Origin: Hormiphora californensis
Lineage: Eukaryota; Animalia; Ctenophora
DNA length: 64,000 nt
Direction of reading: 5' to 3'
NCBI GenBank assembly: GCA_020137815.1
Contig: CM035357.1
Span: 7,130,001-7,194,000, forward strand
Shown here: positions 1 to 18,424 of the stretch, one piece after another
Layout of the letters: the number at the start of each line of letters is the position of its first letter
How positions within the stretch are numbered: position 1 is the stretch's first letter
Notes under the pieces: generated by a model
Databases searched by the model: none
Told to the model about the DNA's origin: nothing
The model's input: the letters and a program-made list of their open reading frames with translations, nothing else
Made by a program: the position numbers and the translations under genes

Positions 1-699
1 GGGACATAACATATATTCAAGTTCATGTTATATGACAGTATAAGACTCGCTGCTGCAGCGGCTAATCACACCTCTCTCATTCCCTTCCATCTAACTCTAT
101 CCCTCTCTACCTCACTCAACTATTATAACCCCTCTCCATCTCCCTCGCTCTCTACCTCACTCGTTTACCCCTTTCTTCCTCAACTATCTCACCCTCTCTA
201 CCCCTCTGACCTCCATCTCTCTACCCCAATTTCTCTCTATCTCCCTCTCAACTATCTCACCCTCTCTCTCTCTCCCTCTATCCTAACCCGTTCGTGCTTG
301 GCACATAATAAACACGCTACCGATGCGCTCACGGATAACTAACAGAGCTGGTGTGTCTGAAGGATGTCTGGTACAATATAGCGTGTATTTGGTGCGATAA
401 ATAACACTCACTTGTTCATTTTTCTGTTTTCCTCCATAATGTGTCTGTTTGTCTGTCTATAAATTTCTGTTAGGTGTCTGTTTGTTCGTCTGATGTCCCG
501 TGGTAATTAAAGTAGGAACAGCCACAAAATTACCACTTTCCACACGCAAACACGCATATGGAGTCAACTGTTAGAACTTTTAAATTGCATCGATACTTTC
601 CCACTTTTCCATTCTCCCTTCCTGTCTCCCCCTCTTCCGCTGCAGACTCGCCAGTCTAGACACTTCCGGTACCCTAGCATGCTCACACTTTTCCTGATG

Positions 700-7530
<6,831 letters not shown>

Positions 7531-8253
7531 GTAAGGGGATTACAACAATATAGGAATGTTTATTATTGGGGAATTATTGTGGAAATATAGACAAGCGAAT
7601 GAAAAATGAGCTATCAAATTCATGATTTTGACCTCAAGATATTTGGGGTTTACACACTCTTGACTATCTCTCACTATGGAATGTGATTATGATCTTCAGT
7701 GTTAGTTGCAGCAGGATATATTATGCTGGCAAATAATCCCTCTTACAAACAGGGAGGTGGGAAATATGATATGACTGGGATATATTCAATCTCATCATGG
7801 GGTGGTCACGAACTATAAAACATCCTTCGCTGAGATCTTCTAGATTGGAGAGATAAACCTAAAATAATGCACAACTTATTACTTATTAATTTCGGTTTAT
7901 GAATGGTTCAACAGTAGCATGTATGGAGGTGCGTTTAACTGGACCATGTGTAAACATAGTTCACTTGTTCTCTTTTCCGACATACGGAAACTGGGTGGGG
8001 TGTCAGGGGGGGGGGGGTAATTGTCTCGTCCTTACATCATGTCATGGGGGAACATGCTTTCTTCCTCTTTCACTACTTTCTAACTCACTACTTTCTAACT
8101 CACTACTACCCCTTCCTCCCACACACACACGCTTGACAAGGCGAGTACCGGGGTGTGCCTCAAACGAACTCTTATTACATTCACACTATAACTGGGTGAG
8201 AGAAGTTGGAATTCTTGAAGCTGTGTTGTTTTTGATGATATGTGAAGATTTTA

Positions 8254-11237
8254 CACGGTGCACCAGAAGGATCGTCAACCCAAAGTTGAGCCCACAAAAC
8301 AAACTTTTGTTGGGGGTGACCCAGGAGGCCTTCCTGAACATCCCCACGGTGAGAAAAGTATATGTTATCGGGGAAAATTTTTGTCAAAATCGAAAAAACT
8401 GGTTTTTGGTCCAAATTTGTGCATAACTTACTTGACTGCCGTTTGATGAAATATCTGATTGACATAAAATAAGTATACAAGACCTATTTTTGCACGAGGA
8501 ATCGATTGCCGGTGGAGAGAAATCTCTAAAATGACCGGAAAATTGTCAAATATGGGAATTTTGTCATTTTTTTGAGGTTTTTGGCCCTTTAACCATTGAA
8601 AACGTTGAGATAGGAAGTTGGCAATAGCGCCAATCGTTAAAATGGTCATTTTTCTACGGGATCCCAAAATGTCATGTATATCCGATTCATGGTTAGATTT
8701 TGGCAAACTATTGAGATGTGCTTACTGAAAAAAGGATAACTTGATTTTCTCGTTTTTTGCGATTTTTTAACTTTTGAAAGAATTCTGATTGAAATGGCCA
8801 ATCAGGGCCATGCTAAAGTTGTTTATGGGACAATTTTCGACCAAAATCCAAGATTTCATGCAAATCCAATGACAGATCATTGATTTATAGAAAGTTGAAA
8901 TAGGCAAAAAAGGCCAATTTTTACCATGAAAACAAAAATACACATTTTTTCTTGTCAATTTCCATCAACAACTGGTACCCTACCTATTTTTTGCACGTAG
9001 AATCGATTGCCGGTGGAGTGGATCCTCTTAAATGATTGGAAAAGCGGTCAAAATGCCATTTTATGGAGGTCCAAAAACTTCCAAAAAATGACATTTCGAC
9101 CCCTTTCCAATCATTTAAGAGGATCCACTACACCGGCAATCGATTCTAGGTGCAAAAAATAGGTAGGGTACCAGTTGTTGATGGAAATTGACAAGAAAAA
9201 ATGTGTATTTTTGTTTTCATGGTAAAAATTGGCCTTTTTTGCCTATTTCAACTTTCTATAAATCAATGATCTGTCATTGGATTTGCATGAAATCTTGGAT
9301 TTTGGTCGAAAATTGTCCCATAAACAACTTTAGCATGGCCCTGATTGGCCATTTCAATCAGAATTCTTTCAAAAGTTAAAAAATCGCAAAAAACGAGAAA
9401 ATCAAGTTATCCTTTTTTCAGTAAGCACATCTCAATAGTTTGCCAAAATCTAACCATGAATCGGATATACATGACATTTTGGGATCCCGTAGAAAAATGA
9501 CCATTTTAACGATTGGCGCTATTGCCAACTTCCTATCTCAACGTTTTCAATGGTTAAAGGGCCAAAAACCTCAAAAAAATGACAAAATTCCCATATTTGA
9601 CAATTTTCCGGTCATTTTAGAGATTTCTCTCCACCGGCAATCGATTCCTCGTGCAAAAATAGGTCTTGTATACTTATTTTATGTCAATCAGATATTTCAT
9701 CAAACGGCAGTCAAGTAAGTTATGCACAAATTTGGACCAAAAACCAGTTTTTTCGATTTTGACAAAAATTTTCCCCGATAACATATACTTTTCTCACCGT
9801 GGGCACGGCGTGCCTGGTGAAATTTTAACACGACCTAGCATGCAACGGGAAACCACCACTTGTACGTGGTAGCTGAGGGTCTACAGAATGGCGCTACGGT
9901 GCGGGATAAAACATTCCATTCCCTAAAATCTTTTTTTTTACTTTTATTTGATTTGGGTCAAAATTGGCTATATTAAACGTGGTCCCGAAAAATCCATAAT
10001 GACTTAGCACACGAAATATGTCACCCCCACCTATTTTTGCACGTAGAATCGATTGCCGTTGAAGTCGAATCTCTAAAATGACTGTAAAATGGTCAAAAGT
10101 TGATTTTTTACCGTTTTTTGGAGGTTTTTGGCCCCTAAACCATTGAAAACGTTGAGATAGGAATTTGAAAGTAGTGCCAATCGTTAAAATGGTCATTTTT
10201 CTACCAAGAACCAAGTTTTCGTGTATATCCGATTTATGGTTAGATTTGGGCAAATTGTTGAAATCTGCCAACTAGGAGAACAGTAACTTGATTTTCTTGT
10301 TTTTTGGATTTTGGCATTTTTGACAAACTTCTGATTGAAATGGTCAATCGGGACTATGCTTAAGTTGTTTATGGGACAATTTTCGACTAAAATCCAAGAT
10401 TTCATACCAATCCAATAACAGATCGTTGATTTATAGAAAATTTAAGTAGGCAAAACGGTCAAAATGACAACTTTTCTTGCTTATTTTCACCGTTTTGCCT
10501 ACTTGAATTTTCTATAAATCAACGATCTGTTATTGGATTGGTATGAAATCTTGGATTTTAGTCGAAAATTGTCCCATAAACAACTTAAGCATGGTCCCGA
10601 TTGACCATTTCAATCAGAAGTTTGTCAAAAATGCCAAAATCCAAAAAACAAGAAAATCAAGTTACTGTTCTCCTAGTTGGCAGATTTCAACAATTTGCCC
10701 AAATCTAACCATAAATCGGATATACACGAAAACTTGGTTCTTGGTAGAAAAATGACCATTTTAACGATTGGCACTACTTTCAAATTCCTATCTCAACGTT
10801 TTCAATGGTTTAGGGGCCAAAAACCTCCAAAAAACGGTAAAAAATCAACTTTTGACCATTTTACAGTCATTTTAGAGATTCGACTTCAACGGCAATCGAT
10901 TCTACGTGCAAAAATAGGTGGGGGTGACATATTTCGTGTGCTAAGTCATTATGGATTTTTCGGGACCACGTTTAATATAGCCAATTTTGACCCAAATCAA
11001 ATAAAAGTAAAAAAAAAGATTTTAGGGAATGGAATGTTTTATCCCGCACCGTAGCGCCATTCTGTAGACCCTCAGCTACCACGTACAAGTGGTGGTTTCC
11101 CGTTGCATGCTAGGTCGTGTTAAAATTTCACCAGGCACGCCGTGTGGGGATGTTCAGGAAGGCCTCCTGGGTCACCCCCAACAAAAGTTTGTTTTGTGGG
11201 CTCAACTTTGGGTTGACGATCCTTCTGGTGCACCGTG
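8254..11237. mobile_element. Non-autonomous palindromic (foldback) DNA transposon, Chapaev-like; ~1.64 kb without the nested insert
   Basis: Termini CACGGTGCACCAGAAGG...CCTTCTGGTGCACCGTG. 4-bp TSD TTTA at 8250-8253 and 11238-11241, confirmed by the empty site GAAGATTTTAGGATG at ~22846. Arms mirror about ~9073 (mirror ORFs 8428-8706/9440-9718). CAC termini with a 4-bp TSD are the Chapaev signature. Confidence 0.88.
9804..11144. mobile_element. Second palindromic Chapaev-like element nested in the right arm of the first
   Basis: Termini CACGGCGTGCCTGG...CCAGGCACGCCGTG. 4-bp TSD TGGG at 9800-9803 and 11145-11148; the host's left arm has one copy. Near-perfect ~660-bp arms centred at 10474. Internal sequence is related to the host element. 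Confidence 0.88.
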
Positions 11238-12010
11238 TTTAGGATGTTAGGATGTAAAGGGTAAAAGGATGATCAGTGATCACTGTAGTCGAGTCAAGGT
11301 GTTTTCCTGTGTTGTGACAGACCTGAGAATTGTATAAATCCCCGCATAGTAAACACTGATTATATGTCCCCTATCATTCTCCATGTAACACAGACAGTGA
11401 CACGCCTACTGTCACACACTACTGTCACACACACTCTCCTACTGTCACACTCTCATACAGATATTGTCTACTGTGGACTCCATTCTCTCCGGAAATGGAT
11501 AATGGAGGGCGGCAACCAATCAGATCACTGCTAACAGATCACGTGACCAGGGAGGACCAATAGGAAGGGAGAATCAGGGTCCACCCGGAAGCGCATTATC
11601 GGTGATTGTGTCTGGAGAAGGAGGAGGAGAGAAACAAAGGGGGTGCACTCTCCCCTGAATATACCGGATAGAGGGGTTACACTCCAATTATAATTTGGTC
11701 TCTATCATATATTCGTACACTGTTCTATCCACCAAATTCCAGCAGGTCCAAATAGGCAAATTGATCCTTGTGTTTTGGCTGTAACAGCGGAATCACCCAA
11801 TAGGTGTTAATCGCTGTGGCATGTATGTTTTTGTGGGAACCTGTGCTATAGCAGAGCTACAACCTACAGCAGAACCATCTCTCGCTCTCTTGTTAACGTG
11901 TCAAAGTGGGTGGAGCAGGGAATGTTGCATGCAGAGCCTGTCCCCCTCAACTCTCTCTCTTTATTAAGTCGAGCTCTCACCTCTCTCTCTCACTCACCTC
12001 TCTCTCACTC

Positions 12011-12128
<118 letters not shown>

Positions 12129-12336
12129 TCTCTCTCTCCCCGCTAAACTGTCCAATACAGGTTACATACTCTCCCCTACACACAGTTCAATACTGTCACA
12201 TAAAGTGAAATTGATTAACTGCTCTCAGCTACTTGACCACCCACATGCGGTTACACATACTGGGAAAACTCCGCTCTCTCTATCTTTTCTATCTCTCTAT
12301 CTCTCCATACCCCTGTTTCTGTCTATCTCTCTCTGT

Positions 12337-13064
12337 TGCTATATGCACTATTATTCACTATGAACTTCACTATAACATACTTTGTTCACACGTCATTTTT
12401 CGACTTCTTTATTCAACCGAGTATTTAGAACTACCTTTATCAAACCTTCTTTTTGAGTATGTGTTATGTGTGGGAGCGTCAATGGAAATAACTGGATTAA
12501 ACGAGAAGCATCAACTTATCGTGTGATGGAAGTGAGAGTGCGAGAGAGTATCTTAGAGTCTATATGTGTGTCTAATACTGAGGTCATTCACTTGACCCGT
12601 CCCCACAATAGCAGAAGAAGAGGAAGCACTTGGTCACCCTGTTTAAACCTTCTCGGAGAACTGATAACCTGATAAATCGTGAGAACCTTGATAATTCACC
12701 ATCCTGACCTGCATGTCACGCGGGCTATGAGGACCGATAATGGCCAGTATTTATACGAGAGCAAGCCACGACATCCTCGGCTTTTTAGCAGCATCCTTAC
12801 TCCTTTGTCTTCATCTTCCAAACGTTGACAACGTTCTCTCCAGAAGAAGGACAATAGAAACAGAACTCTTTGTGACTACCTTTAGTGCTATTGCAGTGTG
12901 CTTATTGGGACCCTTGATTCTGTCTTACTTATTCTTATTTCGTTTGGTTATCTCTGTCTTTTGAGCATTACCCAAACCTATCCATACTAACTAATACCTC
13001 ACACTTCACCCATAACTACAATATCCACAAACCCTCGATCCGGCACGTTCCAATCGCTATAACA
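12337..13064 (+). repeat. 5' LTR
   Basis: TGCTATATGC...GCTATAACA, direct repeat of 20841-21568. Followed by AG-TGGAGCCTG (candidate PBS). Confidence 0.95.
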
Positions 13065-13090
13065 AGTGGAGCCTGAATCAAAAACGAACC

Positions 13091-14113
13091 ATGTCTGAAA
13101 ACGAAATAAAAGAACTTGAAAAACAAATATCTGATGCACAAACAAAACTTGAACAACTAGGCATTGCACGAGGAAGTGGAACGAATAATTTAAACTCTTC
13201 ATTTAACTCTTTTCATAGTTTAAAAACAAAATTGGTTAACTTTAAAACTGGTGATAACTTTGGAACATTTTGTGATCGTTTTGAAACTTATATAGATATG
13301 ACGGGGTTTGAAGGCACTCCGAATCTTCATATTCTTTTCTTACAACATGTCGACAACAACACATATTCTATCTTGAAACCGGCAGTAGAAAACATGACAT
13401 TAGAACAATGTTCAAACTCACGGAACATCTGCACCATCTTCAAAGAAGCTATTTATGGTGGAAGTCCCATGCTTCTTAAATCAAACTTGTTAGATTTAAC
13501 ACAAACAGCTGGCGAAACTTTGGATCAATTTGTAGTACGAATCCGAGAAATTGCACAAACGGCGTATGTAGACTCGACACAACAAAACGAAGCATGTATA
13601 CTGACTTTGCTCAGGGGGCTATCTGACTTGGAAACTAGACGAGACATGAACAAACAAACATTTGCAACATTTTCAGATGCCGTACGGTATGCAAAACAAT
13701 GTGAAATGGTAAACAACTTGACATCAACTACTCCTGTCTCAACAATTCTGAAAACTACCGCGTCCTACGACACTGAACCATCCCGATACGGACAAACTAA
13801 CTCACAAGACGACTTTTCACGCGGTAGAGACAGATATCGGTCAAACAGTAGGGGAAGAGACAACTATCGTTCTGACAGCAGGGGGAGAGACAACTATCGT
13901 TCTAACAGCAGGGGGAGAGACAACTATCGTTCTAACAGCAGGGGGAGAGACAACTATCGCTCGCAGAGCAGAGACAGATATGACAGAAACAGGCATCGTA
14001 GTCCTACACCGCACAACAATCGGAGAAACATGAAATGCTATTACTGTGACCAGACTGGACATTTACAATACGACTGTAGGAAGAAACGATCAGACAAACA
14101 GGGAAACTTTTAG
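13091..14113 (+). CDS. gag: Gag protein (retrotransposon)
   Basis: 340-aa ORF right after the PBS. CCHC knuckle CYYCDQTGHLQYDC, capsid-like QTAGETLDQFVVRIRE motif, 30-bp tandem repeat encoding RDNYRSNSRG. Confidence 0.92.
   Translation: MSENEIKELEKQISDAQTKLEQLGIARGSGTNNLNSSFNSFHSLKTKLVNFKTGDNFGTFCDRFETYIDMTGFEGTPNLHILFLQHVDNNTYSILKPAVENMTLEQCSNSRNICTIFKEAIYGGSPMLLKSNLLDLTQTAGETLDQFVVRIREIAQTAYVDSTQQNEACILTLLRGLSDLETRRDMNKQTFATFSDAVRYAKQCEMVNNLTSTTPVSTILKTTASYDTEPSRYGQTNSQDDFSRGRDRYRSNSRGRDNYRSDSRGRDNYRSNSRGRDNYRSNSRGRDNYRSQSRDRYDRNRHRSPTPHNNRRNMKCYYCDQTGHLQYDCRKKRSDKQGNF
14101..14107 (+). promoter_or_regulatory. -1 ribosomal frameshift slippery heptamer G GGA AAC
   Basis: X XXY YYZ heptamer in the gag frame, one codon before the gag stop. 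The -1 frame is open from 14101 into pol (ATG at 14218 is in frame). Confidence 0.75.
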
Positions 14114-17019
14114 GTGGTCGAGCACAAGTCACCAGACCGCAACTTCTTCCTAATTTCGTTTCGGAGGATGAAACGGTTCCGGTTCGAGCACAATCTACGG
14201 GTGAATTTAAAGAACTCATGGTCACTGGCAAGTTAGAACAACTTAGAACAAACATTTTGGTAGACACTGGAGCTTCTGCTTCACTGGTGGCAACACGCAT
14301 AGTATCTCACTTACAGCTTACACACTTACTACAGGACAACAAAACTAAAATAACAGGACTTTTAAACAAAGAGGTGCCAACTAGAGGGGTTATAGAACTA
14401 GATCTAACACTAGCTGAAACTACTGTAAAACATAAATTTATTGTCATTGATTGTCTAACTTCAGACGTTCTTCTTGGTATAGACATCATGGAGAAACTTG
14501 GTATGCAGATAGACTTCGACAAGCGCATGATTAAAACTCAATTTGGTCGAATACCCTTCAGGAGCACACCCATTCCTCTTGAATCGAGACATCGGGTTAG
14601 AGTAGTTAAAACAACGGTTGTTCCGGCAAACTCCATCTCGTATCTGAAAGGTTGGATACCAGTTACGAAAGACAACAAAACACGGGAATGTGTGGTAACA
14701 AACAGTAGAAAACTTACAGGACAAACAGGCGCATGTATACAAAACTCTCTTGCTAGCTGCACGAACGGACGAATTATATTGGCGGTTGCCAATCCACTAC
14801 CTACAGACATTGTACTTTTCAAAAACAAAATAGTTGCCTTTGCAGACCCATTAGTGAAAACTCATGAAACAATACTGAAATGTAACTCTGAAACAAACAC
14901 ACAAGATTATGACTCGACATTGAAATATCCTAGGCTACAACATGCTGAACCTGAGGAGGTTACTAAACGTGAAGGACAATGGGAACAAATTGACGACTTG
15001 TACTCACAACTAGGGATAGACGAACTTAAAATTTCGGGCGAAGAGAAAACAAAACTTAAAACTTTGATTTCGGAATACAACCATGTTTTCTCACGATCGG
15101 CATTTGACTTGGGATCATGTAGCTTTTACAAGGCTGAAATTAAACTTAAACCGAACTATGAGGCGAAATGGGTACCAACTAGACCAATTCCTTACAACTT
15201 GAAACCTCACATGGATAGAGAGGTACTTACTCTAGTAGACGCTGGAATGATAGAACCTATAGACGCACCATGCCCTTGGAACTCCCCGGTATTCCTTGTT
15301 TCCAAAGGAGGCCCAAACAATTCTAATTATAGACTGGTACAAGACATGCGAGCGGTAAACCAACAGGTACTTGACGACAACTTTGCACTACCAAACATAA
15401 ACAGGTTATTAGACACTATGACGGAATGTAGATGGCTAACTTCGATGGATTTAACTAAGGGGTTTAATCAACTTGAACTGACTGAAGACAGTAAACCTCA
15501 AACTAGCTTCTCTTATGACGGACAGAGATACACTTGGAAACGACTGGTGATGGGAAACAAATGTAGTTCTTCTCAATTTGCTAGAGCTATGAACTTGCTC
15601 CTTAGTAAAGTTCCATTTCAAGGACTTATTTGCTTTCTTGACGATCTTCTTATTGGTTCAAACTCGGTGGACGAACACTTAAAACGGTTAAAATTCGTTC
15701 TTTCTAGACTTTCTTGGGGCAACTTGAAAATTTCTCCTAAAAAGACTAAATTGTTTCAACAAGAGGTTAAATTTCTGGGATACATGATTAATAGTGACGG
15801 ACTTAGAATAGACCCAGTTAGAGCTGAGGCTATTTCTAGGATTGAACCACCTAAAACTAGAAAAGAACTTCAAAAATTCCTTGGAACTGCTAATTACAAC
15901 AGGCAATTTGTTAAAAACTTTTCTGCGATAACTGCACCCTTGTATGCGTTACTACAGAAGAAGGCTAAATTCGATTGGGATAAAACTTGTGACTCGGCAT
16001 TTAACGAGATTAAAACTGCGATAACAACAGCACCAGTACTTGCGATACCAGACTACAATGACCCACAAAACTCCTATGAACTCATAATTGACACATCCAA
16101 AACTGGGCACGGAGCGGTACTGACTCAGATAATTGGGGGAGAACGGCGAACTGTAGCATTCTTTTCTAAAACTGTTGCACCACATAATCGAAAACTGGGG
16201 GCGAGTAGACTAGAATTTTATGGACTTGCTTTTGCTCTGAAACACTTTAGAATGTATCTATTGGGCAGCAAACACTTTGTGGTTAAAACTGATTGTAAAG
16301 CACTTCTATCGATGGGTAAACTCTTCAAGTCTGAACACAGCTATGTACAACGTCTTTTGGCTGATGTACAGCAGTACAACTTCACAATTAAACACATTGC
16401 TGGGAAATCTGCGGAAATGTATTCAACAGACTATCTTAGTAGACACCCAATCAAACCTGCGTATGAAGTTTCAACTCAAACGCCAACCCAATCAACTGCT
16501 TCAATCAAACTTGCTACAACTGATCCTCCTCAAGACATAGCGCTGCCAGTTACCCTGGAAGAGATTAGAAATGGTTATAAACGGGATGAAACCTTGTCAA
16601 TTCTTAAAACTTGGGTCGAAAACGGAAAGACACCGGATGATTTTAAACCATCTCATAGTACAAGGGAACAGGTACACTATCACAACTCTTTTGAACTGAT
16701 ATCTTTGGAAGACGACATATTGTATAGAACTTGGGTGGACCCACAAGATAGGTGTAGAGACCGTAAACTTATGATTATACCACATCACTTAATTGAACGG
16801 ATCCTATACACATGTCATGACAAGAACGGGCACATGGGATTTGATATTTCCTTAGACACGGCTAGGCGAACATTTTATTTCTACCACATGAGGAAGAATT
16901 TCAAACTTTATTGCGAGGCTTGTTTAAATTGTGCACGATCTAAACAACCGCACAGCTTTAAGAAGGCACCACTAAAACCGAGTGTGTATACTCAGTTTGG
17001 AGACTGTATAGCTATAGAC

Positions 17020-18424
17020 CAGGAAGCGACCGAATATTCGGTTCGGTTCGGTTCGGTTCGGAAATTCGGTGTTTTTTGGGCGGTTCGGTTCGGTTCGGTT
17101 CGGTAGGAAATTTTGGCCGAACCACCGAATTTTTTGGTCAAAAAATGCCCAGAAATCGGGCTTTTTCATGCAAAATTTTTCAATTATTTCACGAAAATTG
17201 TATGGATTTCAATGTCAATTTCGCCGTATTAACCTTGTGCTGTTGCACCTCCCCCGCGCCCCCTAAAAAAATAATAGTATGAACAATACAATATTAACCC
17301 TATTTCGAATCGGTGGTGCTATGTGGAAATGATTTCGCTAGTTAGCGGGTTCGATATGGATTGATTTGATACCTGACTTCCCGTCGAATCGTGTCCTCAT
17401 GAGAGGGTCAACAAATTCAGAAACTTTTTTTCAAAAAATTCATGGAGAGCACCGATCAAGGTGTTAAGAATCATTCTCTGAAATTTTGTAAAAAAAGTTT
17501 GGAAAATATTTCAAAGTCAATTTTATGGAAAATTTTCTATGTCAATTTTTGCGTACGAATCGTGTTTCGAATCGGTATTGCTAAGCGGGAGTGATGTTGC
17601 TAATTAGTGGGTCCGAGATGGATTATGCTGATACGTGATCCCCCATCAAATCTAATTAGGAAGTTTAGGGGAAACGATTCATGTTTCAATAAATCCTGCT
17701 AATTAGCGAGAGCACTGCCGCATAGCATCACCGATTCGCAACACGATTCGTACGGCAAAATTGACATATAATTTTTTTTCCGAAATTGACTTTGAAATAT
17801 TTTACAAAGTTTTTTCACAAAATTAAATGTTTCTCTAAAAATTTATGGAGAGCATCGATCAAGGTATTGAGAATCATTACCTGAAATTTTGTGAAATTTT
17901 TTTTGTGAAAAATATTTTAAGTAAATTATGGTATACGAATCGTGTTTCTAATCGACAATGCTAAACGGGAGTGATGTTGGTAATTAGTGGGTCCGAGATG
18001 GATTGTGCTGATACGTGATCCCCCATCAAATCTAATTAGGAAATTTAGAGAGACACGATTCATGGTTCGTTTAATCCTGCTAATTAGCAATACCATTCCC
18101 GTATAGCATTGCCGATTCGAAACACGATTCGTACGCAAAAATTGACATAGAAAATTTACGATAAAATTGACTTTGAAAATTTTTTCACAAAATTGACTTT
18201 GAAATTTTTTCAAACATTTTTTAACAAAATTTCAGAGAATGATTCTCAATACCTTGATCGGTGCTCTCCATGACTTTTTAGAGAAACATTTATACAGAAA
18301 AAGTTTTGTATGGTTCGGTTCGGTTCGGTTACCGAAATTCGGTTCGGTTCGGTTCGGTAAAAAAGTTTTTCAAATTCGGTTCGGTTCGGTTCGGTGGAAA
18401 AAAACCCGGTTCGGTCGTTTCCTG
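17020..18424. mobile_element. Non-autonomous hAT-type element inserted in the gypsy integrase
   Basis: TIRs CAGGAAGCGACCGAA / TTCGGTCGTTTCCTG. 8-bp TSD CTATAGAC (17012-17019, 18425-18432). Subterminal (TTCGG)n arrays at both ends. No transposase ORF. Confidence 0.88.

Noticed and set aside
8254-8305. CACGGTG terminus resembling a V(D)J RSS heptamer with an A-rich nonamer-like motif
   Set aside because: Spacer is ~33 nt rather than 12 or 23, the TSD is 4 bp rather than 5, and there is no RAG/Transib ORF.
8428-11054. Pairs of identical ORFs on opposite strands
   Set aside because: Consequence of the palindromic elements; no transposase motifs.
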